From: an uncultured Gaiellales bacterium
Lineage (GTDB): Bacteria > Actinomycetota > Thermoleophilia > RBG-16-64-13
DNA: 64,000 nt
Direction: 5' to 3'
NCBI GenBank assembly: GCA_964592075.1
Contig: CAZQDY010000004.1
Location: 16,527 to 80,526 of the forward strand
Shown here: positions 10,124-20,300 of the stretch, in pieces
Layout: each line of letters begins with the position of its first letter
Position numbering within the stretch: the stretch's first letter is position 1
Notes under the pieces: generated by a model
The model's input: the letters and a program-made list of their open reading frames with translations, nothing else
What the model was told of the DNA's origin: nothing
Database searches by the model: none
Translations under genes and position numbers: made by a program

Positions 10124-13100
10124 TCAGCGTCGCGCCGCTCCCGGCTTGAGGATCACGCCTGTCTGCCTCTTGCCGTTGATGACGACCACAAGAGGCGCCG
10201 CCAACCGCAGGTGGCGGACGTACCGGCCTTCCTGAGCCGCGGGTTGCGCGGCCAGCCAATCCCAGTCGAGACTGCCCTCGCCTCCATCGGGATTGACGGT
10301 GAAGTACCCGACCCGGAATGAGGTCAGGTTCTGGAAGAAGTGGCTGCCCTGTGACGGCGTGACCTTGATGTCCTTGAGCCCCGACTCCACTATGACCCGC
10401 GCTCCGGATATCTCCTCCCAGGTCACCGGGATACCCAGCCAGGGGTCGGCGGAGCCCCATCGGCCGAGCCCTATGAGGATGTAGGGAGCTCCTTCGTTCA
10501 CGAGCGCCGCGTTCAGACGGGCGACCTCCTGCGCGATCTCCCGGCTCTTGGCCCTGTCGAACCGAGCACGGTCGACGGCCAGGATGTCCTTGATGTGGTC
10601 CGATCTGCCGTTGCCGAGCACGCTGCTCGAGCCGACCAGGACCCGGTCCGGCTCGATGGCCTCTGTGTCGACCTCGTCGAGCTCGCGCGACAGGACCATG
10701 GGACGTATCTGGATGAAGCCGAAATCCGTGGGTCGTTCCGGCGACCGGGAGAGCTCGACTGCGAACTCTATCTCCACCTCCGTGTTCATGCCCCAGCGGC
10801 CGAGCCCCATCAACCGCTCGAGAGCGGCGGCCAAGGGCAGGGAGCGCTGCTTCAGGATAGGCGCGAACGTCACCAGTCGGACGCCGGACCGGGAGACGCC
10901 GTCGTAGACCGCGTCGTTCTCCGGCGAATAGGTGGAGGCCACCACCGCAAGGGTGCCGTCTGCCTCGGCGTCCTCGAGCGGATAGTGCCGCTCGAGGACC
11001 TCATCGTTCCTGCCGTCGAGATCCAGGGCGATGAAGTCGCGCTGCGAGTGGGCGAGCATGTCCTTGACGGTGGAGAAGTGCATCAGGTGCTGAGGGTGCT
11101 TGGGGCTGAAGGAGAGCGAGGTCCCTCCATCCACGACCATGCGCCCTAACCCCAGCGCCACGGCGGCCACGCCGTCCTCGGCCGCGGACGGCGGGGACGG
11201 GTAGTAGTTGTGGGACCTCCCCACCCCGGCGAAATCGGGGTAGAAGCGGGTGCCGTGATGAGCGCCGACCATCCGCTGGATGATCACCGCCATCCTCTCC
11301 TCCTCGAGGCGGTAAGGCGTGACCTTGAAACAGTTCTTGGCGTAGGTCATGAACGTCGAGGCGTAGACCTTCTTCACGGCGCGGATCAACTGGTAGAGCC
11401 GCACGGCGCCATGCTGATGGTTGTTGGGCAGCAGGTAGGTCTCGTACACACCGGCCAGCGGCTGATACTGCGAATCCTCCAACAGGCTCGATGACCGCAC
11501 GGCCAACGGATAATGGACCAGGTCCAGGTAGGCGGCCAGTCTCCGCTCGACGTCCTCCGGGAAGTCCGCGGCGAGGAAGCGCTTCATGACCTCGGCATCA
11601 TCCGCGCTCTCGAGGGCAAAGCCGCGCAGACCGTTCTCATGGAGGAAGCGATCGAAGATCTCAGTGGTAAGCACCACAGAGGGAGGCACCGTGATCAGCA
11701 TGCCCGGGAACTCCTCGACCACGCTGAAGTCTCGGAGGAGATGCCGAACGAAGGCAAGGGCGCGGGCCTTGCCGCCCAGCGAACCATCGCCGATGCGGGC
11801 GAAGCTGTTGTCGGGATCGAAGGTGGTCGGGTCGAAATCACTCACCGATTCGCGGGTCTGTTCGCGCCGGTAGGTGTTGATCTCCTGGATGAGGTACCGC
11901 CTCCGGCTCTCGGGGGTCTCGCCCTCGGCAGGGGCGCCAAGTCGGAGATGGTGGGCCAGGTGGAACTCGGCACGGGCCTTCAGCCAGCGTGACAGATGGT
12001 TGTGTTCGGCGTGGTAGGTGATCGCCTCGGCCGGGACGGTGCGCAGCATCTCAAGGAGGGTCTTGAGATCGGTCGCCCGTCCTACCACGGTACCGTCGGG
12101 GAGCCGGAAGATGAAGTCGCCGAAGAAGAACCAGTCGACTATGAACCGGCGCAGGTCGTCGAGAAGCGTCGGAGACCCCTTGAGGAGGAACTCGGCCCCC
12201 GCCTCTCTGGCTACACTCTCGCTCTCAGCCCGGCTGGATTGCAGGAGCACCGGTATGTCGGGCCATCTCTCCCGGATCCGGCGGGCGAACTCCGCTCCCG
12301 CCTGCAGATCCAGAGAGCCCTCTCGGGGGAACGACATGTCGGAGATCACCCCGAGCACGTTCTCCTGGTAGGCGGCGAAGTAGTCCCAAGCCTCCTCGTA
12401 GCTGGTGCAGAGCAGGATCTTGGGGCGGGCCCTCATGGCGAGGATCCTGTGCGCCACGTTGCCGGTCCCGGCGATGAGCCTTTGGATGTGGTCGATAGTC
12501 TCGGTATAGATGATGGGGAGGAATGACGAGTAGTAGCGGATGTTGTCCTCGATGAGGAGGACCACCTGCACTCCCGCTACGCCCGCGTCGTAGGCCACGT
12601 TCAGCTTGTCCTCGGCGTATTTGGTGATGGCGAGGAGGATGCGAGGATCGCCCTGCCACAAGAAGATGCGATCCAACTGGGACACGTCGTGGCGGGCCGT
12701 GAACTCCGCCAGCTCGCCACCATCGAAGGCCACCACCACCACCGGGACGTCCAGGCCCGCCTCCTTGACCTTCCGGGCCAATCCGACCGCGTCCATGTCG
12801 CCCAGGTTGATGGCCGACACGATCAGGTCGAACCGGCCCTCGGAGGCTGCGAGGGCCAAGGCCTCCGCCCCGGACGATACGTGAGTGATACCCGTGGTGT
12901 GGTGGAGGTGCAGGTCGAGGAACTCGCCCAGGATGAGCTCGCTCAGCAGGCCGTCTTCCTGGAGGATGAAGGTGTCGTACGTGCTCGACGCCAGGATGAT
13001 GTTCTCGACCCTGCGGGCCATGAGGTGCTGGAAATCATAGGTATGGGTCCATTCCAGCGTCTTCTGTGGCGGTACATCCGGCAAGGTCCCTCCCGGGCGG

Positions 13101-13138
13101 AAGGGCCGGCTGGCTCGCCCGCCGGCCCTCGAGGTCAC
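10124..13138 (-). CDS. large regulatory protein: two atypical CheY-like receiver domains fused to a PEP-utilizing-enzyme N-terminal ATP-grasp (PpsA/PPDK N-terminal) domain plus a ~190-aa C-terminal region of unknown function
   Basis: PPDK_N-type motifs LGGKARALAFV...VPPSVVLTTEIFDRFL, AVRSSSLLEDSQYQPLAGVYETYL, IIQRMVG...FIQIRPM. First receiver lacks the phospho-acceptor Asp (DLIVSAINLGDMDA). No PEP-utilizer mobile His domain is recognisable. GTG start lies 12 nt downstream of the gdhA stop. Confidence 0.65.
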   Translation of the reverse strand: MTSRAGGRASRPFRPGGTLPDVPPQKTLEWTHTYDFQHLMARRVENIILASSTYDTFILQEDGLLSELILGEFLDLHLHHTTGITHVSSGAEALALAASEGRFDLIVSAINLGDMDAVGLARKVKEAGLDVPVVVVAFDGGELAEFTARHDVSQLDRIFLWQGDPRILLAITKYAEDKLNVAYDAGVAGVQVVLLIEDNIRYYSSFLPIIYTETIDHIQRLIAGTGNVAHRILAMRARPKILLCTSYEEAWDYFAAYQENVLGVISDMSFPREGSLDLQAGAEFARRIRERWPDIPVLLQSSRAESESVAREAGAEFLLKGSPTLLDDLRRFIVDWFFFGDFIFRLPDGTVVGRATDLKTLLEMLRTVPAEAITYHAEHNHLSRWLKARAEFHLAHHLRLGAPAEGETPESRRRYLIQEINTYRREQTRESVSDFDPTTFDPDNSFARIGDGSLGGKARALAFVRHLLRDFSVVEEFPGMLITVPPSVVLTTEIFDRFLHENGLRGFALESADDAEVMKRFLAADFPEDVERRLAAYLDLVHYPLAVRSSSLLEDSQYQPLAGVYETYLLPNNHQHGAVRLYQLIRAVKKVYASTFMTYAKNCFKVTPYRLEEERMAVIIQRMVGAHHGTRFYPDFAGVGRSHNYYPSPPSAAEDGVAAVALGLGRMVVDGGTSLSFSPKHPQHLMHFSTVKDMLAHSQRDFIALDLDGRNDEVLERHYPLEDAEADGTLAVVASTYSPENDAVYDGVSRSGVRLVTFAPILKQRSLPLAAALERLMGLGRWGMNTEVEIEFAVELSRSPERPTDFGFIQIRPMVLSRELDEVDTEAIEPDRVLVGSSSVLGNGRSDHIKDILAVDRARFDRAKSREIAQEVARLNAALVNEGAPYILIGLGRWGSADPWLGIPVTWEEISGARVIVESGLKDIKVTPSQGSHFFQNLTSFRVGYFTVNPDGGEGSLDWDWLAAQPAAQEGRYVRHLRLAAPLVVVINGKRQTGVILKPGAARR

Positions 13139-13150
13139 AGTAGGCGTGAG

Positions 13151-14658
<1,508 letters not shown>

Positions 14659-14674
14659 GAAAGGTGAGAGTCAC

Positions 14675-15712
14675 ATGCGGACGTCGTTAGTGGACCGGCA
14701 AGCCATCGAGCGCCTGTTGCTCCTGGTGGGCGCACTACGTTCGGGCGTCATCGACGCTCTGGCGAGCGGGGAGGGACTGCCGGCCGGCCGGGTGGCCGGT
14801 CTTGCCGGGACTGACCCGAGGGCGACCGGCATCGTCCTGGAGGCGCTCGTCGCGGAGGAACTGGCCGAACGGGCCTCCGGCGAGCATGGCGATGCCCTGT
14901 ACCGGCTCACACGTCCGGCGCGGGCTCATCTTGTGGACGACGGCCCGGAGAGGGAGCGGTTCGAACTCCTCCACCAGGTCAGCAAGGTGTCCGGTTGGCT
15001 GGACCTGCACGAGGTGATCCGCACCGGCAGGGCGCGCGACCGGGGCGGGGTCAAGCGCGACCTGCGGACCATGGTGTCGGCCATGGGCGAACGCGAAGCG
15101 GCGGTACTAGACGAGATCGTCGAGCTTTGCTTCGCCTATGCCGGCGACATCCGCACCATGCTCGACGTCGGGGGCGCGGTGGGTCATCTTGCCCGCCATT
15201 TCTCCCGCAGGGGGGTCCGCGCCTCGCTCTTCGACCGCCCCGAGGTCCTGCCCGTGGCTCAAGAGTTTCTGGGCGCGGAGGCCGACGGCATCGAGTTGTT
15301 CGGGGGCGATCTGACGGCCGGGTTGCCGGACGGTCCGTTCGACCTGGTGTACTTTGGCAACGTGCTCCATATCTACAGCTCGGAGACCAACGTGCGGGTG
15401 GTAAGCGAGGCCTTCACCCTCACGGCGCCGGGAGGGACCATAGCCATCCAGGGCTATGTGGCGGAGCGCAGCCCGGTAGCGGCCATGTTCGCGGTGAACA
15501 TGCTGCGGTCCACCGACGAGGGCGGTGTGCGGAACGAGGCGGAGCACCGGCGTTGGCTGACCGAGGCCGGCTTCCGTGATGTGACCTTGTTCGATCTGGA
15601 CACCGACCGGACCCAGCTGATCCTGGCGAGGCGGCCGGCAGGTTTATCAAACCCGGTTGGCGGGCAGGTTCGGAGCAGCCCGGAGGGCCGCGGAGCCGAG
15701 GTGCGGGGGTAG
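14675..15712 (+). CDS. class I SAM-dependent O-methyltransferase (Methyltransf_2 family) with N-terminal winged-helix dimerisation domain
   Basis: SAM-binding region MLDVGGAVGHLARHFS...LFDRPEV...DLVYFGNVLHIYS. N-terminal wHTH-like ~90 aa. RBS aaaggtgag precedes the ATG. Confidence 0.7.
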   Translation: MRTSLVDRQAIERLLLLVGALRSGVIDALASGEGLPAGRVAGLAGTDPRATGIVLEALVAEELAERASGEHGDALYRLTRPARAHLVDDGPERERFELLHQVSKVSGWLDLHEVIRTGRARDRGGVKRDLRTMVSAMGEREAAVLDEIVELCFAYAGDIRTMLDVGGAVGHLARHFSRRGVRASLFDRPEVLPVAQEFLGAEADGIELFGGDLTAGLPDGPFDLVYFGNVLHIYSSETNVRVVSEAFTLTAPGGTIAIQGYVAERSPVAAMFAVNMLRSTDEGGVRNEAEHRRWLTEAGFRDVTLFDLDTDRTQLILARRPAGLSNPVGGQVRSSPEGRGAEVRG

Positions 15713-15723
15713 AGGAGGTAGGC

Positions 15724-16008
15724 ATGCCGGCAGTTCCGGATAACGAGGAGAGCAGGGCGAGCTGCGTTTGCGCCGCCTGCCCTTCGAAGCCTAAGGACGA
15801 CATGGTGTTCTACTGCGTGACGGGCAAGAGCCCGGCCGGGGTCGAGCGTGGATTCTGTGCCTGCAGCTGGTGCCCGGTCTGGAGCTGCTACGGACTCGCC
15901 GGGAGCTTCTACTGCGATGAAGGCCCGGTCCCCGACGACGGCCCGGTCCCCGATAACGAGGCGGTCCCCGACGACGGGGCGGCCGGTGAGCAAGACCTGA
16001 CCGAGTAG
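15724..16008 (+). CDS. small cysteine-rich DUF2769-like protein
   Basis: Pattern CVCAACPS...FYCVTGKS...CACSWCPV...YGL..FYC matches DUF2769 spacing as I recall it. C-terminal PVPDD/PVPDN/AVPDD tripartite repeat. Stop is 3 nt before the flavodiiron gene start. Confidence 0.55.
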   Translation: MPAVPDNEESRASCVCAACPSKPKDDMVFYCVTGKSPAGVERGFCACSWCPVWSCYGLAGSFYCDEGPVPDDGPVPDNEAVPDDGAAGEQDLTE

Positions 16009-16010
16009 GA

Positions 16011-17225
16011 GTGGGCATGGAGAGGTACCTGGTCAAAGACAACATCTGGTGGGTGGGGGCGATCGATTGGGACCGCCGCGACTTTCACGGCTACGACACC
16101 GTTCGAGGCACCACCTACAACGCGTACCTGATACTCGACGAGAAGGTCGCGCTCATTGACGGATGCCGGGACGGGTTCGGGGAGGAGATGCTGGCACGCG
16201 TCCGCGGCTGCTGCGGCCTGCGCCCCGTCGACTATGTGGTGATAAACCATGTGGAGCCCGATCACTCCGGAGCTCTGCCTATGTTGGTGGAGGAGCTCGG
16301 CCCGGAGCGCGTTCTCTGCTCCAAGCGGGCCAAAGACGCGCTGGCCCTGTACTACGGGACCGACATGGTGGAGGGCTGGGACCTCCGGATCGTGGCCACC
16401 GGAGACGAGCTCTCTCTGGGCCGGAACACGCTGCAGTTCATCGAGGCGCCGATGCTGCACTGGCCCGACAGCATGTTCACGTACGTCAAAGAGGCCAAGA
16501 CCCTGCTCCCCAACGATGCCTTCGGGCAGCATCTCGCCACCTCCAGGCGGTTTGTCGATGAGGTCGACATGAGCATCGTCATGGAGGAGGCCGGCAAGTA
16601 CTACGCCAACATACTCCTGCCCTTCGGCGGTCAGATCCAGAGGATGCTCGCCAAGATCGGCGAGATGGGGTTGGAGATCGAGGCGATCGGCCCCAGTCAC
16701 GGCGTCGTGTGGAGACGGCCGGAGGACGTCACCCGGATCGTGGAGGCGTACGCGGCCTGGAGCGCCTCCAAGGCCCCTGAGCGGGTCACGATCGTCTACG
16801 ACACCATGTGGCACGCCACCGAGAAGATGACCATGGCCATCGAGGATGGCGTGGCCCAAGAGGGAGTGGATTGCGCCGTACTCAGGATGAGCGTGAGCCC
16901 TCGCTCGGAGGCGATGCATCAGATTCTGCAGTCGCGGGCCTTTCTCGTGGGCTCGCCCACGCTCAACAACGGTGTCTTCCCCACCATCGGCGGGTTCCTG
17001 ACCTATCTCAAAGGCCTGCGGCCCAGGGACAGGATAGCGGGAGCTTATGGTTCGTGCGGATGGGCCGGTGGCGCGGTCAAGCAGATCGATTCCGACCTGC
17101 GGGAGATGGGTCTGGAGGTCATGGCTCCCATGGAGATCAAGTACATGCCGGGTCCCGACGAACTCGATGCATGTGTGCAGCTTGGACGTGAAGTGGCCCG
17201 CAAAGTGAAGGCCATGGGAGGTTGA
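16011..17225 (+). CDS. flavodiiron protein (FprA / type A flavoprotein; O2 and/or NO reductase)
   Basis: Metallo-beta-lactamase-like diiron domain (HVEPDHSGALP, DTVRGTTYNAYLILDEK) followed by a C-terminal flavodoxin-like domain. 404 aa. Confidence 0.85.
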   Translation: MGMERYLVKDNIWWVGAIDWDRRDFHGYDTVRGTTYNAYLILDEKVALIDGCRDGFGEEMLARVRGCCGLRPVDYVVINHVEPDHSGALPMLVEELGPERVLCSKRAKDALALYYGTDMVEGWDLRIVATGDELSLGRNTLQFIEAPMLHWPDSMFTYVKEAKTLLPNDAFGQHLATSRRFVDEVDMSIVMEEAGKYYANILLPFGGQIQRMLAKIGEMGLEIEAIGPSHGVVWRRPEDVTRIVEAYAAWSASKAPERVTIVYDTMWHATEKMTMAIEDGVAQEGVDCAVLRMSVSPRSEAMHQILQSRAFLVGSPTLNNGVFPTIGGFLTYLKGLRPRDRIAGAYGSCGWAGGAVKQIDSDLREMGLEVMAPMEIKYMPGPDELDACVQLGREVARKVKAMGG

Positions 17226-17229
17226 CCCC

Positions 17230-17835
17230 GTGGCGATGACCGTTCTGGGTCTGGCCGGCAGCCCCCGCAGAGGCGGCAACACCGAGACCCTTCTAGACTG
17301 GTGCCTTGCGGGGGCGCGCGCTCAGGGCGCTGTAGTGGTGAAGTTCAGCCTGTGTTCCCTGGATCTCCATGGGTGCCAAGCCTGCGACCGGTGCTGGAAG
17401 GACGGCAAGTGCATCGTCAAGGACGACATGCAGATGCTTTATCCTCACCTACGCAAGGCCGACTCCATCGTGCTGGCGGCGCCCACCTTCTTCCAAGGGA
17501 TGCCGGCGGTGCCCAAGATGATGGTCGACCGCTGCCAGTGTTTCTGGGCCCTGAAGTACGTTCTGCATCAGTCGCTTGCGGAGCCGGGGAGGCCGGAGAG
17601 GCTGGGAGCCTTCCTCAGTTGCTCCGCCACCAAGACGACGCACGCCTTCGATGGAAGCCTCACTATCGTGAAAAGCCTGTGGCACGTGCTGGATGTCACA
17701 CCGGCCGGCGAGTTGCTCTACGCGGGCGTGGACGGCAAGGGCGAGATAACGGAACAGCCCGGGGCGCAAGTGGCGGCGGAGACCATCGGCCGCCGTCTGG
17801 CGCGGGAACGCGAGGTCGAAAGGAAGGACACGTGA
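17230..17835 (+). CDS. iron-sulfur flavoprotein (Isf) / NADPH-dependent FMN reductase family
   Basis: Flavodoxin-like N-terminus VLGLAGSPRRGGNTETL. Compact Cys motif CQACDRCWKDGKC (C-x2-C-x2-C-x5-C), typical of Isf proteins. Confidence 0.7.
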   Translation: MAMTVLGLAGSPRRGGNTETLLDWCLAGARAQGAVVVKFSLCSLDLHGCQACDRCWKDGKCIVKDDMQMLYPHLRKADSIVLAAPTFFQGMPAVPKMMVDRCQCFWALKYVLHQSLAEPGRPERLGAFLSCSATKTTHAFDGSLTIVKSLWHVLDVTPAGELLYAGVDGKGEITEQPGAQVAAETIGRRLAREREVERKDT

Positions 17836-18035
17836 GCGACGAAGTCAAGACCTGCATAAGCTGCGGCAAGCCGCTCGCCGACCGCGTGGAGGAGGAGGAG
17901 CGGACCGGCACGGGTGGAAGTCTCTCCACGGGCGAGTGCAGCACCTACAGGGTGTGGTTCTGCGTCAACAGCGAGTGCGTGATGTTCAACACCGACATCT
18001 ATAAGGAGTCGATTGCCGATCGCTCGGACCGGTGA
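17832..18035 (+). CDS. small Zn-ribbon-like protein (67 aa), GTG start overlapping the Isf stop (GTGA)
   Basis: Absent as a separate entry in the ORF track; it is the tail of a 244-aa nonsense ORF. RBS AGGAAGGA sits 4 nt upstream of GTG. Cys pattern TCISCGKP...ECSTYRVWFCVNSEC. Confidence 0.35.
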   Translation: MSDEVKTCISCGKPLADRVEEEERTGTGGSLSTGECSTYRVWFCVNSECVMFNTDIYKESIADRSDR

Positions 18036-18096
18036 GTGACCCACCGGCAGGAGCGGTGGGAGGCCCACCTGTAGAGTCGACTAGAAGGGGGAGGAG

Positions 18097-18303
18097 ATGC
18101 AGAAACGTCTGACGCGGTCGCGGGCCGAGAAGATGATCGGCGGGGTCTGCGGTGGTCTGGGCGAGTATTTTGGTGTCGACCCGACCATCATCCGCGTGCT
18201 CTGGGTGGTCATCACGCTGCTAGGAGGAGCGGGGGTGATAGCCTATCTCATCCTCTGGATCGTCATGCCTCTGGAGCCGCCGACGCCTCTGGCGCCCTCT
18301 TAG
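18097..18303 (+). CDS. PspC-domain membrane protein
   Basis: KMIGGVCGGLGEYFGVDPTIIRVLWVV followed by one TM helix. GGAGGAG RBS. Confidence 0.7.
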   Translation: MQKRLTRSRAEKMIGGVCGGLGEYFGVDPTIIRVLWVVITLLGGAGVIAYLILWIVMPLEPPTPLAPS

Positions 18304-18305
18304 CT

Positions 18306-18325
18306 CCCGCCGCGGCGGGTCTTTA
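18306..18325 (+). terminator. GC hairpin CCCGCCGCGGCGGG followed by TCTTTA, likely an intrinsic terminator after the PspC gene
   Basis: Palindrome 3 nt after the stop codon, followed by a T-rich stretch. Confidence 0.4.
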
Positions 18326-18376
18326 CGGCGATCCGACGATGCGTATCGCTGGTGGGATGAAAGGAGGTGATGGTCG

Positions 18377-19453
18377 ATGAGCGACATACCCAGGCTGACC
18401 ACGCTGTCGCACGGCTCCGGCTGAGCGTGCAAGTTGGGCCCCAAGGACTTGGGGCAGGTCATGGACATGGTGCCGTGGGTGGACGACCCCGCGGTGCTGG
18501 TGGGCGCCTCCACGCTCGACGACGCGGCCATCTACCGCCTGAGTGACGACCTTGCTCTGGTGCAGACCGTGGACTTCTTCACGCCCGTGGTGGACGATCC
18601 CTACGATTTCGGGCGCATAGCCGCCGCGAACGCTCTGTCCGATGTGTACGCGATGGGGGGACGGCCCTTGACGGCCCTCAACATCGTGGGGTTTCCCTCC
18701 GGTGTGCTGCCGCTGGAGTACCTGGGCCGGATACTCCAAGGGGGGGCGGAGACGGCCCGGCTGGCCGGCGCCACCGTGGTGGGGGGGCATACCATCGACG
18801 ACCCGGAGCTGAAGTACGGGATGGCCGTGACCGGGGTGATCAAGCCCGGCGAGGAGTGGACCAACGCGGCCGCGGTCCCCGGGGACGTCCTCGTGCTGAC
18901 CAAACCGATCGGCACCGGCGTCATCGCCACGGCCATCAAACGGGAGAGCGCGTCAGAGGAGGCCGTCGCTGCCGCGACCGCTTCCATGGCGGCGATCAAC
19001 CGGGACGCCGCGGAGGCGGCCCGCGTGCATGGCCTCCGGGCGGTCACCGACGTCACCGGATTCGGGCTTCTCGGTCATCTCACCGAACTGTGCCGGGCGA
19101 GTGGGGTGGGGGCCGAGATATGGTTCGACGCCCTGCCTCTGCTGCCGGACGCCGCCGGCCTCGCTCGCGAGGGGATCGTGCCGGGCGGCACCAGACGCAA
19201 TCTCGAACACGTGTCGGACCGGACGGTCTTCGATCCCGATTTGGAGCCCTGGCAGCGGCTGCTCTCGGCCGATGCCCAGACCTCGGGCGGGTTGCTGCTG
19301 TGCGTGGCGGCCGGGAAGGTCTCAGACGTGGTGCGGTCGCTCGAGGACCGGGGGACACCCGCGGCCGCGGTGGTGGGCGTGATCCGCGAGCCCGGGGAGA
19401 GTCTGATCGGCGTGCGCGCTACGTCGCCTGGCCGAGGAGTATGGACAGGCTGA
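18377..19453 (+). CDS. selD: selenide, water dikinase (selenophosphate synthetase) with selenocysteine encoded by an in-frame TGA at 18422-18424
   Basis: The ORF track begins at TTG 18434. Reading upstream in the same frame gives ATG 18377 (RBS AAGGAGGTGA at 18361-18370), then MSDIPRLTTLSHGSG-TGA-ACKLGPKDLG. This aligns with the SelD N-terminal motif (E. coli ...LTQYSHGAGCGCKISPK) with Sec at the position of the catalytic Cys/Sec. A hairpin follows the TGA. Confidence 0.85.
18438..18455 (+). promoter_or_regulatory. candidate SECIS-like hairpin GCCCCAA-GGAC-TTGGGGC, 13 nt downstream of the selD TGA
   Basis: 7-bp stem with a 4-nt loop read directly from the sequence. Its position matches where bacterial SECIS elements sit. 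Confidence 0.45.
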
Positions 19454-19832
19454 CCCGGGTCCCGCCTCCCGGAGCGCGAGAGAAGCTGACCTCGTCCATG
19501 AGGGCGACCATGAGGGGCAGCCCCAATCCCCGATTGGTCAGTTTTCCGCGGGGCGGGCACGGTGGGCGGAAGAAGCCGGTGTCGGTCACGAAGAAGGTCA
19601 GGCGCTCGGACTGAAGACGAGCTTCGATCTCGAGGAGCGCTTCGTCACCGCAGGCGTGCTCCATGGCGTTGGCCGCCGCCTCCGACACCGCCACCTTGAG
19701 ATCGAATGTCTTCTCGACCTGCAATCCGGCTTCGCGCGCGACCTGCTGCACGAAACGGCGCACCTGCTCCAACTCCGCCGTCTCCGGCCTGACTCTCATC
19801 ACCCAGCTGCAGTCCCGGCGCGCGACCGTCAT
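19419..19832 (-). CDS. anti-sigma factor serine kinase (RsbW/SpoIIAB-like HATPase)
   Basis: DLKVAVSEAAANAMEHA...GLGLPLMVALMDEV. Start ATG overlaps the stop of the upstream STAS gene. The ORF track extends 147 codons upstream, which is not credible. The 3' end overlaps the selD 3' end by 35 nt (convergent). Confidence 0.7.
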   Translation of the reverse strand: MTVARRDCSWVMRVRPETAELEQVRRFVQQVAREAGLQVEKTFDLKVAVSEAAANAMEHACGDEALLEIEARLQSERLTFFVTDTGFFRPPCPPRGKLTNRGLGLPLMVALMDEVSFSRAPGGGTRVSLSILLGQAT

Positions 19833-20215
19833 CGCGCTCGTTCTTCCGACATCAGAGCGGCCTCCGCCGCCAACCGGTCGTCGAACGACCGGAAGCTCGG
19901 GTCCACGAACAAACCCACCAGTTCGAGAAGCCGGCGCACGTTGTTGTTGGGTCCGATCACGCCCAACCAACCGGTGTCTCGCAACCGCCGGGTCCCCGAC
20001 AGCAGGACCGATATGCCCCCGCTGTCCAGGTAGGCGACCTTTGACAGGTCGATCAACACGATAGGACGGCCTTGGTCGACTATCTCGTCGAGCGCTGCCC
20101 CAACGCCTCCGCAGGTGCTGTGGTCTATGTCCCCCTCTATATCGAGTAGAGGTGTCTCCGCGAGACTGGTCACTCTCAAGTTCATAGGCACCGAGTCGGG
20201 TGTATTGATGTCCAA
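19829..20215 (-). CDS. anti-sigma factor antagonist (STAS domain, RsbV/SpoIIAA-like)
   Basis: STAS fold signature LDIEGDIDHSTCGGVGAALDEIV...LIDLSKVAYLDSGGISVLL with a phosphorylatable Ser in DSGG. Confidence 0.75.
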   Translation of the reverse strand: MDINTPDSVPMNLRVTSLAETPLLDIEGDIDHSTCGGVGAALDEIVDQGRPIVLIDLSKVAYLDSGGISVLLSGTRRLRDTGWLGVIGPNNNVRRLLELVGLFVDPSFRSFDDRLAAEAALMSEERAR

Positions 20216-20300
20216 CTTGGTAACTACTACCCGCGACGCCGTAGGCTAAACACCATCCCAGAGTCGTGCCCACGCGGGGCCACGGCCGACCGGTAAGGCG

